Part shown: piece after piece, positions 43,010 to 53,753 of the stretch
How positions within the stretch are numbered: position 1 is the stretch's first letter
How the letters are laid out: every line of letters begins with the position of its first letter
DNA from: an uncultured Planctomycetaceae bacterium
GTDB lineage: Bacteria; Planctomycetota; Planctomycetia; Isosphaerales; Isosphaeraceae
Length of the DNA: 64,000 bases
Direction: 5' to 3'
Assembly: GCA_963833985.1 (NCBI GenBank)
Contig: CAWIAD010000002.1
Coordinates: 2,368,001 to 2,432,000, forward strand
The notes under the pieces: model-generated
Seen by the model: only the letters and a program-made list of their open reading frames with translations
The model's database searches: none
Told to the model about the DNA's origin: nothing
Program-made: the position numbers and the translations under genes

Positions 43010-44413
43010 TCAGCTCTGCTGGAGCTGGTTGATCTTGTTGTACAGCGTTTTGAGGCTGATCCCCAGCTCCTTGGAGGCGGCGGGCTTGTTGCCGTTGTGC
43101 TTCTCGAGGACGGCCTGGATGTAGCTCATCTCGATGTCGCGCAGGGTGGGCGAGCCTTCGGGGATGGTGAAGTGCGGAGACGAGATGGGCGGGTGGGCGG
43201 CAGCCGCGTGCTGGGTCCGGCCGCGTGCCGGGAACTGCGTCGGCAGGTGCTCGCCGCGGATCGGGCCGTTGCCGGCGAGGATCGATGCTCGCTCGATCGC
43301 GTTGGCCAGTTCGCGAATGTTCCCCGGCCAGTCGTGAGCCGCGAGGATCTCCAGTGATTCCGGGCTCAACGAGGATTCGTGGAGCCCGCGCCTCATGGTG
43401 TAGCGCAGCAGAAGATGCCTGGCCAGCTCGGGAATGTCGGCCCGCCGGTCGCGGAGCGCGGGCAGGACGATCTCGAAGGTATTCAGGCGGAAGAAGAGGT
43501 CCTCGCGGAACTGCTCGTTCTTCACCATATCGCGGAGCTCGCGGTTGGTGGCGCAGAGGACGCGGACATCGACCCGGAACGGCTCGTTCTCCCCGACGCG
43601 GCGGATCTCGCCCGCTTCCAAAAACCGGAGCAGCTTCACCTGGACGCTCTTGTCCAGTTCTCCCACCTCGTCCAGGAAGAGAGTCCCACCGTTGGCGACC
43701 TCGAAGAGCCCCTTGCGATTGGCGTCGGCACCGGTGAAGGCCCCCTTGCGGTGGCCGAAGAGCTCGCTCTCGACGAGGTTCTCCGGCAAGGCGCCGCAGT
43801 TGACGGGAATGAAGGCGCGGCTGGCGCGATCGCTCTTCTCGTGGAGGCTGCGCGCCACCAGTTCCTTGCCCGTCCCGGTCTCGCCGAGGATCATGACCGT
43901 GGCGTCCGAAGGGGCGATCGTGTCGATCAGCCTGCGCACCTGCTGCATTGCCGGCGTCTGCCCGATCAGGAGCGGGGCACCCTCGGCCTGCTTGAGCCGG
44001 GTCTCCAGGGCGGCGGTCTTGTTCGACAGGTCCCTGCGCTCGCTGATGCGCTGTAGCAGCACCTCGAGTTCGGCCCACTTGCACGGCTTGGTGAGGTAAT
44101 CAAAGGCGCCCAGCCGCAGCGCCTGGACGGCGGTATCCACTGTGGCCTGTCCGGTAAGGATGATCACCTGGGTCTCGGGGCTGAGCTGCTTGATCTGGCC
44201 CAGCACCTCGATACCGCTGATGCCGGGCATGCGGATATCCAGCAGGGCCGCGTCATATGATCCGCGCTCCAGCGCACGCAGCGCGGCCGCACCGTCACCG
44301 CAGACGGTCACCTCGTGACCCATACGGGGCAATTCCATGTGCATCAGGTCCCGGAGGTGCGCCTCGTCATCGGCGAACAAGACCCGTAAGCCAGCCTGGC
44401 GCATCTTCTCCAT
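43010..44413 (-). CDS. sigma-54-dependent response regulator (NtrC family, REC-AAA-Fis HTH)
   Basis: ADDE...LDIRMPG receiver domain; GETGTGKE, ESELFGHRKGAFTGA, LFLDEVGEL, WPGNIREL; C-terminal HTH. Confidence 0.96.
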   Translation of the reverse strand: MEKMRQAGLRVLFADDEAHLRDLMHMELPRMGHEVTVCGDGAAALRALERGSYDAALLDIRMPGISGIEVLGQIKQLSPETQVIILTGQATVDTAVQALRLGAFDYLTKPCKWAELEVLLQRISERRDLSNKTAALETRLKQAEGAPLLIGQTPAMQQVRRLIDTIAPSDATVMILGETGTGKELVARSLHEKSDRASRAFIPVNCGALPENLVESELFGHRKGAFTGADANRKGLFEVANGGTLFLDEVGELDKSVQVKLLRFLEAGEIRRVGENEPFRVDVRVLCATNRELRDMVKNEQFREDLFFRLNTFEIVLPALRDRRADIPELARHLLLRYTMRRGLHESSLSPESLEILAAHDWPGNIRELANAIERASILAGNGPIRGEHLPTQFPARGRTQHAAAAHPPISSPHFTIPEGSPTLRDIEMSYIQAVLEKHNGNKPAASKELGISLKTLYNKINQLQQS

Positions 44414-44464
44414 GTTCGGCTCCTTCCACAATCGCCTGCGTCAGCCCCAATGCGGGCTCTTCGA

Positions 44465-46105
44465 TCACGCGTGCATCCCGCCGGCCGCGGCCAGCTCCAT
44501 CGCCCTGCCGGGTCGATCAACCTCTGCCGCGCCCTCTGGGATCTCGGAGGGGTGAATGGGCAGGCGGACCCGGAACGTCGAGCCCTTCCCCTCTCCGGCA
44601 CTGGTCGCGTTGATCTCGCCGTGATGCTGGCTGACGATCCGATGGCAGATCGACAGCCCCAGTCCGGTGCCCTTGCCAGTGCGTCTCCGGGTGAAGAACG
44701 GCTCGAAAATGTTCTCCAGAACATCCGGCGACATCCCACAACCGTTGTCATTGAAGACCATTTCGGCCATGCCATGGTGATAGCGGCTGTCGATTTTCAG
44801 CGTACCCCCAGGTTCCATTGAATCGATCGCGTTGACCACCAGGTTCAGGACCACCTGCTTGATCTCCTGGCTGTCCACATGGGCCATGACCGCCTCTTTC
44901 GGCTGAAAGAGGATCGTCTTGCCGCGGTACTTGCCGATGTGCCGGATCATGTCCACGACGCCCTGGATCAGGCTGGCCAGGTCAGTACGCTCACGCTTGA
45001 TATCGTTGCAGCGCGAGAAGTCCAGCAGCTTCTCGGTGATGCTCTTGCACCGGAATGCTTCTTCCTGAATCATTTTTAAATAGTTGGATACCACCCCATG
45101 ATCCGAGTTCGCCGCGTTCAGAACGGCTTCCAGCCGGTTCTCGAGCGCTTCGGAGCAAAAGGCAATGGAGGCCAGGGGGTTGTTGATCTCATGCGCCACG
45201 CCGGCTGCCAGGAAACCCACTCCCGCGAGCCGCTCCGACCGGACGAGCTGGCGGCTCCGCTCCTGCACCTGCTGCTCCAGGTCGGCGTAGGTGACGCTGA
45301 TCTTCGCGGTCATATCGTTGAAGGCTTCAGCCAGGTCCTGCATCTCGTCGCCGGAGTTGAGCTCGATCTTGTAATCGAATGAGCCTCGAGCCACCCGCCT
45401 GACTCCGCGTTGCAGTAGCCGCACGGGGTAGAGCACCCAGCGGTGAAACAGCAGCATCAGCCCGCAGAGCATGCCCAGCACCATGAGCGCCGAGGTCCAC
45501 ACGATCGCCCGGCTCGTGGAGTATTGCCCCCGGGAGAGCTGCAAGACGTCATTGAAGTCGCCGAAAAGCTCCTTGGGAAGCAGCATGACCGTGTGGTTCA
45601 CGCGGTCGATCCGCTGCTTCAGATCGGTTGCCGGCTCGATGCGGGGAAGCATCTCGGGGTGCTTGGTGATGTAGTACGTGGTCCCCGGCAGCCGCGGACT
45701 GATCGCGGGCGCATCCGGCACAAGCTCCTTGAGGATCGCCGTCAGGTCGTCGTCGATCAGAAAGGCAAGGCCCAGCTCATCCAGGCCGCTGTTGGCCCGG
45801 TTGCCGCGGATCGTGTTCTGCTTGAGTGCCGCGTAGTAGGTATAGAGAGCGTCACGCGCGTCGCTCACTTTCCTGGCAAGTGCCTCGCGGCCATCGGGCG
45901 TCGTGCTCACGGGGGCGTGCAGCCGGAATACCTTGTCGATCAGATCCACAGAGGCGCCCATCTCCACCAGCTGATCGGACTGCGTCAGATAGCTCACGTG
46001 AAATGAACGCAGCCCGAAGATCGACCCGCCCATCAGGATCATCATCATCCCCACCACCACGCTGAGGCCGACGATGAGCTTGATGCGAATGGGCCAGCGA
46101 ACCAT
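44465..46105 (-). CDS. HAMP-domain sensor histidine kinase
   Basis: Two TMs, HAMP (DEMQDLAEAFNDM), H-box VAHEINNPL, NLVVNAID, DNGCGM, FEPFFT, GTGLGL. Confidence 0.94.
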   Translation of the reverse strand: MVRWPIRIKLIVGLSVVVGMMMILMGGSIFGLRSFHVSYLTQSDQLVEMGASVDLIDKVFRLHAPVSTTPDGREALARKVSDARDALYTYYAALKQNTIRGNRANSGLDELGLAFLIDDDLTAILKELVPDAPAISPRLPGTTYYITKHPEMLPRIEPATDLKQRIDRVNHTVMLLPKELFGDFNDVLQLSRGQYSTSRAIVWTSALMVLGMLCGLMLLFHRWVLYPVRLLQRGVRRVARGSFDYKIELNSGDEMQDLAEAFNDMTAKISVTYADLEQQVQERSRQLVRSERLAGVGFLAAGVAHEINNPLASIAFCSEALENRLEAVLNAANSDHGVVSNYLKMIQEEAFRCKSITEKLLDFSRCNDIKRERTDLASLIQGVVDMIRHIGKYRGKTILFQPKEAVMAHVDSQEIKQVVLNLVVNAIDSMEPGGTLKIDSRYHHGMAEMVFNDNGCGMSPDVLENIFEPFFTRRRTGKGTGLGLSICHRIVSQHHGEINATSAGEGKGSTFRVRLPIHPSEIPEGAAEVDRPGRAMELAAAGGMHA

Positions 46106-46301
46106 GACGACCTCCGTGTCGCTCGGGCGGGCTCGAACCTGCGGTGAAGCCCGGTGAAGGCATCGAGCCGGGCAGTGGCCCAGCTTATACCAGAAGTCGC
46201 GGCCGGGCTCAAACCGACTCTGGCCCGGTTTTGGCTCAGCAGGTTCGCAATCGTTCTTTGACAGGCATTCAGCAGGTTGACGCGATCCTGGATGACCGGG
46301 A

Positions 46302-46524
46302 GGCCGCTCTTTGTGGGACACGATTCCCCATCGAGTCACTTCTTCGATCTCCTCGTGGGCCACGATTCGGATCGTGTCACGTCTTCGATCTCCTCGTGGG
46401 ATACGATTCCGATCGTCTCACGTCTTCGATCTCCTCGTGGGATACGATTCCGATCGTGTCACGTCTTCGATCTGATGGACCAGGAATGGCACGAATGGAA
46501 TCGTACCCCACAAGGAGAGCGGCC
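46302..46524 (+). repeat. REP-like element: four tandem 41-42 bp units starting GTGGGATACGATTCCGATCGTGTC plus one inverted copy
   Basis: Units start at 46313, 46355, 46396, 46437; inverted copy GGCACGAATGGAATCGTACCCCAC near 46488-46511; ends GGCCGCTCT-TTGTGGG and CCCACAA-GG-AGAGCGGCC are complementary. Confidence 0.85.
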
Positions 46525-46589
46525 ATGCCTGGCCCTCAGCCCCGGGCAAGCGAATTGGAGTCCTGTCCAAAGAATTCTGCGGAACTGCT

Positions 46590-48065
46590 TTAGCCCGTGA
46601 TCTCCCAGGCACGCGTCAGCACCGCGAGCAGCAGCGTGATCACGAGGGCCAGCGACAAGAGCAGCCGGAACCGCCGCATGCTGCGTGCAAAGCATTGCTC
46701 CTGCTCAGGATCAAGCTGCAATCGCCGCAGAAAAGAGAGCCGGCTGGCAATGCTGCCGTGCCTCCAGGACCACGCGGCCGCGTCCATGCCGTTCTGACAG
46801 GCCACCTTGGCCAGCGCCGCGGCAAAAATCTCAATTCCCACGGGACACAGACTCTGTGGCAAGAGGCTCACAGGCTCGGAGGCGAAGGCATCCTCCTCAC
46901 CATCAAAGTGCGGAGGACACTGCGCGAACCCGCACGAGACCACCTTGCAACCGAACATGTCAGCCTGGCGCTCGAAGCGACGCGACAGGTGGCCGAATAC
47001 CAGCCAGAAAAAAAGACCGAGAATACCCAGCAGCAGCCCCGCTTCGGCGAATTCGGTGATCTGCGGTATCTCGGCAGGGGGAATCCAGGAAAAAGTCGCA
47101 AGCCATGCTCCCGGCAGCGAGACCACGCGTCCGGCCAGTGCCAGCAAGCCGATGCTCCCCAGGAAAAAGAAGCCGAAGTAGGGTAAATGGCGGTGTGCCA
47201 CGTGGCCGAGCTCGTGTCCGAAGACGGCGGCCACCTCGGCGGGAGCAAGCGATTCGATCAGCACATCGGTGAGTAAAACATAACGAAACTGGGGGAGAAC
47301 GCCCGTCACGCAGGCGTTGACCATGAGCTGGCCGGTGTCCCAGACAAGCAGGTCGTTGAAACGGAAGCCAACTCGCCGCGCAACGCGTTCCAGGCGCGTC
47401 CGGAGCGGGCCGTCGGGCAACCTCCGGGTCGGCCAGGCCAGGCGAATGAACAGCGGGGAGAGTGCGAGCACCAGGCCGCCCAGCACCGCCAGCTCAATCG
47501 GCTCAGCCGCCGGGCTCTGATGCCAGACCGGCCAGAGCCGCGGGCAGACGTCCTGCCGGACCACGAAGATCAGCACCACGGGGAGGACCAGGCCCGTGGA
47601 CTGCCGCGCCTTGAGCGCAAGGTACGTCGCTGCGCGAGGGAAGAAGCGTCTTCCGTGAAGCGCTCGCTCCGCGAGGTAGACCCCGCTCCATGTGATGAGC
47701 TGGATGGCCAGGTACGGCAACAGCACCGCGAGATCGTCAACCAGCACAAGACCTTGCAGCCGCCAGCTCCGCAGCACCAGTGCGGGCCAGCCGACGAGGT
47801 AGACGATCCAGGCGTAGATGGCCAGGCCTGCCAGCGTGAGCGCACGACTGCCCAGCAGGTAGCGGCGGAACACCCGGCTCGTCGCGTAGCCCTGGTGAGA
47901 GACCTGGGCCGCGACCCAACCTCCCAGGCCGAACGAGAGAACCGCGACCATGAGGACACCGCCGAGAGTTTCGACGAGCCGGAACGCCGCCGGAACTCCC
48001 TTGGCGTCGTCGGCCAGATCCGTTCCGAATGCGATCAGCAGGGCAATCAGCAGGGGGATCGGCAT
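46590..48065 (-). CDS. M48 family zinc metallopeptidase (Ste24/HtpX-like)
   Basis: Multiple TMs, VNACVTG, HELGH zinc motif, SRRFERQAD, HGSIASRL. Confidence 0.9.
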   Translation of the reverse strand: MPIPLLIALLIAFGTDLADDAKGVPAAFRLVETLGGVLMVAVLSFGLGGWVAAQVSHQGYATSRVFRRYLLGSRALTLAGLAIYAWIVYLVGWPALVLRSWRLQGLVLVDDLAVLLPYLAIQLITWSGVYLAERALHGRRFFPRAATYLALKARQSTGLVLPVVLIFVVRQDVCPRLWPVWHQSPAAEPIELAVLGGLVLALSPLFIRLAWPTRRLPDGPLRTRLERVARRVGFRFNDLLVWDTGQLMVNACVTGVLPQFRYVLLTDVLIESLAPAEVAAVFGHELGHVAHRHLPYFGFFFLGSIGLLALAGRVVSLPGAWLATFSWIPPAEIPQITEFAEAGLLLGILGLFFWLVFGHLSRRFERQADMFGCKVVSCGFAQCPPHFDGEEDAFASEPVSLLPQSLCPVGIEIFAAALAKVACQNGMDAAAWSWRHGSIASRLSFLRRLQLDPEQEQCFARSMRRFRLLLSLALVITLLLAVLTRAWEITG

Positions 48066-48128
48066 GGATGGCTCGGAACGGCCGCTCCCGGTCCGGTTCA
48101 CAAAGGAGTCGCCTGGGATCCACGGCGC

Positions 48129-48823
48129 TCACGCCGCCTCGGAGGCCCCGACGACGATGATGGACACCGGGTAGGACGTCGGCTTTGACGCTCCCTTCAC
48201 CAGGAGCTCGAGCGGAACGACCACCCGCCAGGTGTTCTTCTCCTGATCGTGTATCATGGACGGATGCGGCGCCGCGGACGCGCCGGGGACGGCCAGCATG
48301 AAGAAGACGGCGGGATGGCTCGAGCCCGCGGACTCCGCGCTGCGGGTCTCGAGCTGCTTGCGGGGAAGCGCCGTCAGACTGGTGTCCTTGGCGGCCGGCA
48401 AGAGCAGCGCGTAGTCGCCGAACGGGCTCACTCCGAGATGGTCGCCGTTGACTGGCTGGTGCCCGTAGCGCATCGTGTAAACGCCCTTGGCGATCGCCTG
48501 GTCGCGATAGTCGTGTGCCTCTCGATGAAACTGGACCACGCCCAGCAACTCGCTCTCGGCCAGGAACGGAAACTGAATCACGCCCTTGCGCCTGCCGGCT
48601 TCTCGGCCGCTGGAATGGTATTCCGCAGCCAGAGGTCGGCAAACGGCTTTCCCGAGTCGTCCAGAATCCGGAAGCCATGATCGGCGAGCTGAGAACCGAT
48701 CTCCGGGGCGACTCCCGCAGGGGGGTGCTCCTTGTGAACCTCAGCCTTATAGGGTTCCTGGGCTGCCAGGGTACCTGGCAGAAGCATCAGAACCAGTGCC
48801 GGTGCCGGGATCCTGCGCATCAA
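48129..48823 (-). CDS. secreted hypothetical protein (frameshift near 48590)
   Basis: Signal peptide in ORF 48578..48823 continues into ORF 48129..48581 (DYRDQAIAKGVYTMRY, GDHLGVSP). Confidence 0.65.
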
Positions 48824-49050
48824 TCTTCATCCTCAGTCGTCGGTGGATCGCCTCCGGTCGCCCCCAGGCGAGCGCGAACTGGCGACCACGACACGGTTGA
48901 TCGTAACAGCGGTTGCGGTGTTCGGTAAGGGGAGGTGTGGGGCGGGTCGCAATTGGTTGACGACCGGAAGTGGTCGCGGGTCCCACGTTGCCAGAGGTAC
49001 ACCACGCGCACTTCCGGTGTTGCGATCGACGTCGTGCCATCATGGGCCGA

Positions 49051-49755
49051 TCACCGCGCGAAGTGGCCCACGAAGCTGCTGCGGCAATTGGGGTCGTTCC
49101 AGCGGGTGTTCAGACCTTCTCCCTTGAACTCGTGCCCCATCGTGTACGCGGGCAGGACGTTCACATCCCGGGAAAGAGGGGAGTAGGCGACCACCTCGTT
49201 GCCGCAGAAGTGATCGGTTTCATCGAGGGGGCGGGTGACGATGCTGGCCAGTCCCGATGCCCAGAAAGAAGCCCGCGGCGCATGGGGCATGCCGTGCGCT
49301 GCATGCGACTGGTCGGCCGCGGAGACAGGGTGGTCCTCGAGCTTCAGGCTCATCCGCGCGGTTCTCACGGCCACGAGATGGTTCAACCGCGCCCCGCCCA
49401 TTTCCTGCGCAAGCTGCACGAGGGCGTCACGCTGGGCAGGCGTGGCCTTCTCGTCCACGATCACGACGGCCGCGGCCTTTTCGGGTTGATCCTCGGAAAA
49501 CGTGGTCGTGCCCCGCACGGCGGCGGCGACGCAAAGCCCGCTCAGATCCGTGCCCTTCCATGTCCCCTGGTTCACCTTCCATGCCAGTACGGCCTGGCTC
49601 CCCGTGATGAAGACTTCCGCGTTGGAGATACAGGGACCCGTGAAGACGTCCGCGGTTCGAGCTTCCACGTAATCACCCTGCAAGTCCGCCCCTCGGACAG
49701 AGCCGACAGTGATGACCAGCAGAGTTCCACAGAGTGCGGGCAATACCGTGCGCAT
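49051..49755 (-). CDS. DUF1326 domain secreted protein
   Basis: Signal peptide, GDYVEARTADVFTGPCISN, G-DLSGL, VDEKATPAQRDAL, CGNE. Confidence 0.75.
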   Translation of the reverse strand: MRTVLPALCGTLLVITVGSVRGADLQGDYVEARTADVFTGPCISNAEVFITGSQAVLAWKVNQGTWKGTDLSGLCVAAAVRGTTTFSEDQPEKAAAVVIVDEKATPAQRDALVQLAQEMGGARLNHLVAVRTARMSLKLEDHPVSAADQSHAAHGMPHAPRASFWASGLASIVTRPLDETDHFCGNEVVAYSPLSRDVNVLPAYTMGHEFKGEGLNTRWNDPNCRSSFVGHFAR

Positions 49756-49840
49756 GAATGAACGCTCCCGTTCCGGTAGCTGGGCGTTTTCCTGGGACCG
49801 ACGAGGAACGTTGAATTATCGGAACGGGTGTGGTGACAAG

Positions 49841-50476
49841 TCAAGGGTCGGTGCGTGTGGAGTGAGCCCCCGCGGCCGCAGCCGGGGATGCTGGGTCAGT
49901 GCTTGGGTGTTCGGGCCGTGACGCAGTCCAGGAGGGCCGCCGCCTGGTGGTTTGCCCGCGTGGGCTTTTTCGAACGCCGTCACTGGCCTTCGTATCTTCC
50001 AGGCTCAAATCCGCCTGCTGGATCTGCCCATCGAGGTCGCGCGGCGATGCCCGCCGGTGCGCGGCTTTCAGCGTCTCGACTTTTCCGGTGTGTGGCGATT
50101 GCTCACGGCTCGGCAGGAGGGCGCCGAGCGGTGGAAGCGACCCGGGAAGGCTGGCCCGGAGCTGCTTGTACGCGTCTTCCAGCCGTGACCGCTCATCCTG
50201 GTACGCCTGGACGCTGGTCTCGAGCCGCTGGTTGGACGCCTCCAGCAGAGCCAGCCGGCGTGCGTCGTCCACGGCCCGCTCGGAGAGGTCCTGATTCTGG
50301 CTGCGCAGAGCCAGCATCTGGTCTTTGAGGCCGGCGTTCTCGGAACGGAGCGTCTGGCTCAGGCGATGGCATTCCTCAAGGTCTTGCTGGGGTGCCATGC
50401 GGCATCCGGGGCCCAGCAAGGCAAGGACCGCGAGCCACCCGGGCAGGTACCTCGGTGGACGAAAAGCAGAGGCCAT
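49841..50476 (-). CDS. hypothetical lipoprotein with coiled coil
   Basis: WLAVLALLGPG-C lipobox-like signal followed by a heptad-rich region. Confidence 0.6.
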   Translation of the reverse strand: MASAFRPPRYLPGWLAVLALLGPGCRMAPQQDLEECHRLSQTLRSENAGLKDQMLALRSQNQDLSERAVDDARRLALLEASNQRLETSVQAYQDERSRLEDAYKQLRASLPGSLPPLGALLPSREQSPHTGKVETLKAAHRRASPRDLDGQIQQADLSLEDTKASDGVRKSPRGQTTRRRPSWTASRPEHPSTDPASPAAAAGAHSTRTDP

Positions 50477-50696
50477 CCGCCGCGACTCCTTTCGCATGCG
50501 ATCGGCAAGCATGCTCAGCCATTGCCCCTGGGACCAGAAGATCGCTGGTCCCCGGGTGCCGGGACGAAACCCGTCCCCGCAAAGGCCGCGACCCGTTGCC
50601 GCCGGAAAAGCGCAACGGGTCCTTGCGGTGATTGAATGGAATGTGCCTGGCGACTCATAGCCGATCGGCCCGGGAAGATCAATCCCAGGAATCCGC

Positions 50697-52302
50697 TCAA
50701 CTACCGAACAGGCCGGCGATGCTGCGGACCAGGCCCGAGGCGACGGGAGTGTCCTGGAAGTCGTAAAGGTTGCGCATCAGGTCGATGGCGACGAACGAGG
50801 CGAACAGCAGGCACACGGTGGTGAAGCAGAGCAGGCCGACCCACAATCCACCCCATTCCGGCGTGGCCTCGCGGGAGATGACCATCGCGGGCGCCTGGGA
50901 GGCGGACGTCTGGCCCTCGTCGGACGACCAGGACGTGGCCATCTCGCTGGAAACCGCGTCCTCGAAGCCGTCGTCCTCGTCCTCGTCCTCCGCGAATGCC
51001 GAGGGGGCCATGGCTGTGGCGGCGTTCTGATCGACCTCTTCCTCGTCGATGGCGAAGACTTCCGAACCGCTGTCGCTGTCTTCCAGGTCAAAGTCGCTGG
51101 CCGCTTCAAGCTGGACCGTCTTGTCGTCAGAGGAATCGTCGTCCGAGATGGGAACGTCGACCTCGAAGTCGGTGTCGTCGAAGATGTCCTTCTCGCCCTT
51201 CTTCACGCTGGGCGGCGGAGTCGCAGCCAGCGACGGCTTGGCCTTGGACGGCGCCGCCTTGCCGCCTTGAGCCTTGGCGGGCTTGGCAGGCGCGGGCTTG
51301 GCAGGCGCGGGCTTGGCAGGCTCCGACTTGTGAGTCCTGAGCTCTTCGTCCGACAGAGGCGCCAGCTCGATGGAATCATGGTGTCCCAGGTCGAAGGCCC
51401 CGGCGCCTTGAAGGTTGATTCCCGAATCGCTGGGCCGTGAGAGGTTGATTCCCGAGATGTTCGGATCGGCCGCGGTCACGTCCGAGTCGCTGGGGCGAAG
51501 CGGGGTCGATTCGAACTCGTCGCTGGTATCCAGGGCGCTGAGACTCGAAGTCGCTCCCCGACTCCGGCTGCAAGGCCTCGACCAGGTCGCTTGAAGGATT
51601 CAGCTCAAAGTCGCTATCCGATTCGGCGGCCGGCACTTCGGCCGAGGAGCCGACCATCGGGCTGGAGCGTACGGCCGTGTCCCCGGAGGCGGAAGCGGGA
51701 GTCAGCAGGTGATGGTCCGCGGTGTCATCCTTCACAAGGGTCACGTCGGAGTCGCTGGGGGATTTGAAGTCGGGATCCGGCGATGCCAGGCGGACATCCG
51801 AGTCGCTCGAGCCCTTGATGTTGTCGGGGACCAGGCGGACGTCCGAGTCGCTGGGCAGCTTGCCGCTGGACTGCATGCCGATGATCACCGAACTGGAGCC
51901 GGTGACCGGGTTGGGCGGGACCGAAAGGTCATCGAAGAGAATGTCGTGCTCTGCCGACGATTCCATCGACGGCCGCTCGCCAGACGGCGAGGTCATGGCC
52001 GAGAGGTCCATTGTCTCGTTGGCGAGGTCGGGCTTGGCCACACCAAGCTGGAACTCGGAAAGGTCCAGGTCGTCAAGGTTCTCGCCGCCAGCCGCGGGGA
52101 CCTCCAGGTCGGAAAGACGCAGCTCGGCATCGCTGCCCAGGCCTCGGTGCCGTGCCAGCTCGTCCACATCCACGACCCGGAAACGCCACGAGCCGCCATC
52201 CAGAAATGCGCGGATCTCGCGGTGTTGCGCCTTGGATTTCAGCTCTTCCGCACTCATGCCCAGGACGCGGGCTGCTTCTTCCAATGTGTAAAACTGTGCC
52301 AT
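50697..52302 (-). CDS. excisionase-like HTH protein with long acidic low-complexity linker and C-terminal TM (frameshift near 51540)
   Basis: FYTLEEAARVLGMS...IRAFLDGGSWRFR N-terminus; SDSDV repeats; TM LWVGLLCFTTVCLLFASFVAIDLMRN in ORF 50697..51479. Confidence 0.75.
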
Positions 52303-52408
52303 GGACGTGGTCCTCGCGGTCAAAGCCGGCCGCTGCCGGCCGTGGTCGTCGATTCCAGAGGTGGCGGAGACCACAAGCGACTGCACACGCCCCGCGGAGG
52401 TCTCCCGG

Positions 52409-52873
52409 TTATCGTACCATCGGCTGCGCCAGCGTCCTGACCATCGACTCGATCGCGGCCGGCTCCGGCGCCTGGTTATTGTAGTGTTCCAGCTTCAGGT
52501 CCCACTGGTACTGGCGCACGGCCTCCAGCTTTACCGAGCCCTTGGTGCTCGAAGGATCAAGACGATAGATCGCAAAAGCACGGCTCTTCGTATCAACCAG
52601 GTAGAGCCACTGCACCGATCCGGGGGGCGACGTGACCATCGCCAGCGTTCCATTCGCCTCGCCGCCGGCCAGCAACCGACCTTGCCCGGGTACCTGACGG
52701 CTGGATTCCGGACTTCGGACCGGCACGCCGACCAGTGGGCCGCTCTCGCCGACAGCCCTTGTCTGGGCCTCTGCCAGAGTTCCACGTGCACCGGCAAGCC
52801 AGGAGATGAGCACTCCCAGAATCACCCCGGGCAGTCCGTAACGGGCCATTCCTCCGCTGATTCGAACGAGCAT
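52409..52873 (-). CDS. hypothetical membrane/secreted protein
   Basis: N-terminal TM; LYLVDTKSRAFAIY, LEAVRQYQWDLKLEHYNN; GAGGAG RBS. Confidence 0.65.
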   Translation of the reverse strand: MLVRISGGMARYGLPGVILGVLISWLAGARGTLAEAQTRAVGESGPLVGVPVRSPESSRQVPGQGRLLAGGEANGTLAMVTSPPGSVQWLYLVDTKSRAFAIYRLDPSSTKGSVKLEAVRQYQWDLKLEHYNNQAPEPAAIESMVRTLAQPMVR

Positions 52874-53614
52874 CGAACCGCTCCTCCGTGAGTGAGAACC
52901 GACCTGGATCCCGCAGGCCAACCACATCCCAGGAGCTTCATGGCACGCTCCCAGGGTCCCGAAGCGCGGTCCCGAAGCTCCCAGCCGTAACCAGTTTATC
53001 ACACCAATTCGAGAAAGACGCGACCGACTCGCGAATGTTGTACGGCCTGGAAGGCAATCCGAGATGCCTTGTTTTGGGTACTCCTGTATTCTATGGTCCG
53101 GACCGCTCAACGCAAGTCCACCTCAGCAGGACCCGGCGCCTCGAGCCGGTTCCGTGGGATGATCTGGGGAGCCTTGATGCCGCCCGGGCCGTTTCTCGCT
53201 CCCAGCGACGCTTGCCGGTAGCGACGGGCGAGTCATTTCACATGTGAGAGTGCACCCGTCGAGGAAGACTTGCCCGGAATGGCTTCGTTCCGTCCACCCG
53301 GCATCAAACCCATCGGACGCTAACCCTTTGTCTGATTGAAGTTAAATCTCCATTTTCGGTGGCTTCGTTTTTGACATTTTCTTCTCGAGATGACCGAAGG
53401 CGGGCCGCGGTGCCGGCCATAAGTCCCGCGGGCCAGCGCGCCGCCTGAGTGCAGAGGCGTCGCGCTGGTCTGAACCATCGACCGAATTGTCAAAGTGCAT
53501 TGGCACAGTGCCGTTCTATTCAGTCTACGATCGGAACGGCGGGCGCTTGAAGGATCCCTCACGGTTTGCTCTCCTTGTGCCGGCGCGGTCGGATCACTTC
53601 ACCTCAGGCGTTCC

Positions 53615-53690
53615 ATGCGTCTGCTCTTCTCGTCGTTTCACTATCAGCTGGACCTCTCCGGCGGTGGGCGTTGTGCACCCGTGACCTGCA
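53615..53690 (+). pseudogene. 5' fragment of a GT4-like glycosyltransferase (degenerate copy)
   Basis: MRLLFSSFHYQLDLSGG...; about 150 bp homologous to 57150-57312. Confidence 0.5.
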
Positions 53691-53753
53691 CGCCGCGCGG
53701 GAGGCCTCAGGCGCCAGCCCGACCCGCACGTTGCCGCAATTTACACATCGCCA

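Noticed and set aside
46313..46473. CRISPR-like array of 41-bp units
   Set aside because: Whole units are tandemly repeated with no unique spacers; it fits a REP-derived tandem repeat.
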